A DNA stretch of 64,000 nt from the human T2T-CHM13v2.0 reference genome, Homo sapiens. The position numbers and the translations under genes were made by a program. The notes under the pieces are model-generated. The model had not been told where the DNA came from, did not search any database, and was given only the letters and a program-made list of their open reading frames with translations. This document shows positions 61,986 to 64,000 of the stretch, in pieces (position 1 is the stretch's first letter; each line of letters opens with the position of its first letter). The stretch lies in the NCBI RefSeq assembly GCF_009914755.1, contig NC_060925.1; one strand, given 5' to 3'.

Positions 61986-63957
61986 CCAAAGGTGCATGCT
62001 CAGGACATGGGGATGACAGAATGACCCACTGATTCCCTTTTCACTGGATCCCTTTCATCCTAGCAAGGGAGGAATGGCAGGCCATGCCACCGTGAATCCA
62101 CCTAGCGTTCCTCTCCATTCATCAGCTTTCCCATTCATATTCTTTCAAGGTTTTGGTTTCCAATTTGAACTCAGCTCCCACCACTAATCAGTGGCTTCTC
62201 TGGGCAGCCTGGCTGGTTCAGAAGTCTGTGGTTGTTGGTGAGTCCCTGGCATTAGGGATTTCCCAGCCCTTGGGTATTCATTCTTTCTTTTCTCTCATTT
62301 CTTTTTCCCTCTTGTTCATCTTCCCTTCTTTCTCCCTCTTTCTCTTTTGCCCTCCTTTTATTCCTTTTCTTGTGCGTACATCTTAGATCTGTGGAGGCTA
62401 CACAATATTACTTAGCTTAGCTGGTGGGCCCTAGGGCTGGGAAGTAAGCTGACACCACCTCCCACCTCCACAGCGTCTCAAACCGTGGGCTGACATTTCC
62501 AGAGCATCAGTCTTAGGTATATTTTCTGGTTTTGTGTTCGCATGGTCCATTTTGACTCCGGGATGTATCTCTCCTGCTGGGGAAAAATGCAGGGGAGGAA
62601 AGCAGAGTCTTGGCACTAACTACTTCTTTTTTTTCTTATTGGCAACTGATTCATGAACTCTAAAAAAAGAGTTGATAGCAACATAGCCAGCTAGCTGTAG
62701 CAGCCCAGATGGTCCCCTATATAATAGAGACATTTGTATCTTGGATTAAAAAAAATTTAACTGTGTTCTGTGAACGTTTTTAAGAAAAAGGAATTAGTAA
62801 CTGCATTCCAGAGTTGTGGCTATGGAAATAGCCAAATGATTAAGTAGATCCCCGGCATGCAAAGAGTAGGAGATAGGACTTGGGAGGTCCAGGGCCAGGA
62901 AATAAGGGGAGACACATTGCGAGGGCACTGCCCTGCGTTGTCCATAAGTCTGAGATAACCCACTCTCGAATGGGGCGCAGGGAGAGAGGTTCTGTTTGAA
63001 CACATGTGCATGTGGATGTGGATGAGGAGCTACATATCCGGGCCTCTATGTCTCCCTATGGCTACTGCAAACTGGAAGCCTTTAGAGCAGGTATAGGCAG
63101 ACCAGGGTGGAAGAGAACACATTGTGTCAATAGCTTCTAAATTCTACACTGAACAGATACCTAGGTTATCCTGCTTCCTTTCTCTGTGGTCATTGGGAAT
63201 TGGTACAGGCCACATTCTGCTACAGTGAATCCCATATCTAGCAGAATCTCATTGTTATTGTCTTATGTCATCAGCACGCCTTTGGGTGTAGCTTGAAAGT
63301 CCTTGTCCAATGGGGTTCTAATTGCAGTGGTCATGTCACAAGAGGATTGGGTAGGGGGCAGGTCTGGGAAGGGATTTGGAAGAGCCACTGGGACGCAATA
63401 TGTGAGAGCGGGGTGGGGTGGTGAGGAGAGGTGGTCTCCCAGATCATGTGAAATCATCTGGAGCTGGGAACTGGCCCAGATGCTGTGGGATTTCAAGCCA
63501 CTTGGTCATTACGAGATCATGACTTATCCTGGAATAATTTTTCTTGCAGGTTCCGGAGAGTGATAAGAGAATTGAGCCGAGGCCAGCCAAGCATATGTGC
63601 TGACTGGAGGAAAATGTGTTCAGTTTTGACATCCTTTCCTCTTATTGGTTGGCAGTTTTAGTACCAAAAGTCATGCCCTAGAAAGGGGCTGGCAGCGAAT
63701 GGGGCTGGTGGTGCTGCTGAGGGGCACTCCTTAGCAAACCTCCCTGCATCCCCCTGGACCTTTTGTTTCCTTGTGTGTGAAATGAAGGAGCTCAACAAAG
63801 TGACATCTAAGATCCTACCAGTCCCCAAATGCTGTGGTCCTCTATTGCTTGCTCCCTGCCCCTTATTCTTTTGTCTTTCTCCTGTCGTGGTTTGTCTCTT
63901 GATAGGCTTCCTGGGTATGAGGTGTCAGGTTTCTCAGTAAGGAATGTATCAGTTAAG

Positions 63958-64000
63958 ATTTTTTTTTCTTTTTTTTGAGACACGTTCTTGCTCTGTCCAC
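63958..64000 (-). mobile_element. Alu 3' end, truncated by the window edge
   Basis: Poly(T) followed by gagacacgttcttgctctgtc. Confidence 0.75.

Overview
Human (primate) genomic DNA, repeat-dense, with one recognisable protein-coding exon. That exon is the first coding exon of CNIH3 (cornichon-3, an AMPA-receptor auxiliary subunit; ATG 47978, splice donor 48059). It sits in a ~2.2 kb CpG island behind a long GC-rich leader that carries a (GGC)7 repeat and one upstream ATG. The rest of the window downstream is intron 1. Upstream there is a full-length processed pseudogene of aldose reductase (AKR1B1; 5212-6582, with poly(A) and TSD), a full-length Tigger1 in a four-level nest, and a dense stack of solo LTRs with readable TSDs. 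The least obvious element is a heavily decayed hAT transposase resembling KIAA1586, spread over 30.2-34.7 kb on the minus strand and split by later insertions. One segment of it was copied ectopically twice, once inside a perfect 24-bp inverted repeat. Repeat subfamily names and reference protein sequences are recalled from memory and matched by eye, so they need RepeatMasker/Dfam and BLAST confirmation. I found no evidence of a new protein-coding system.
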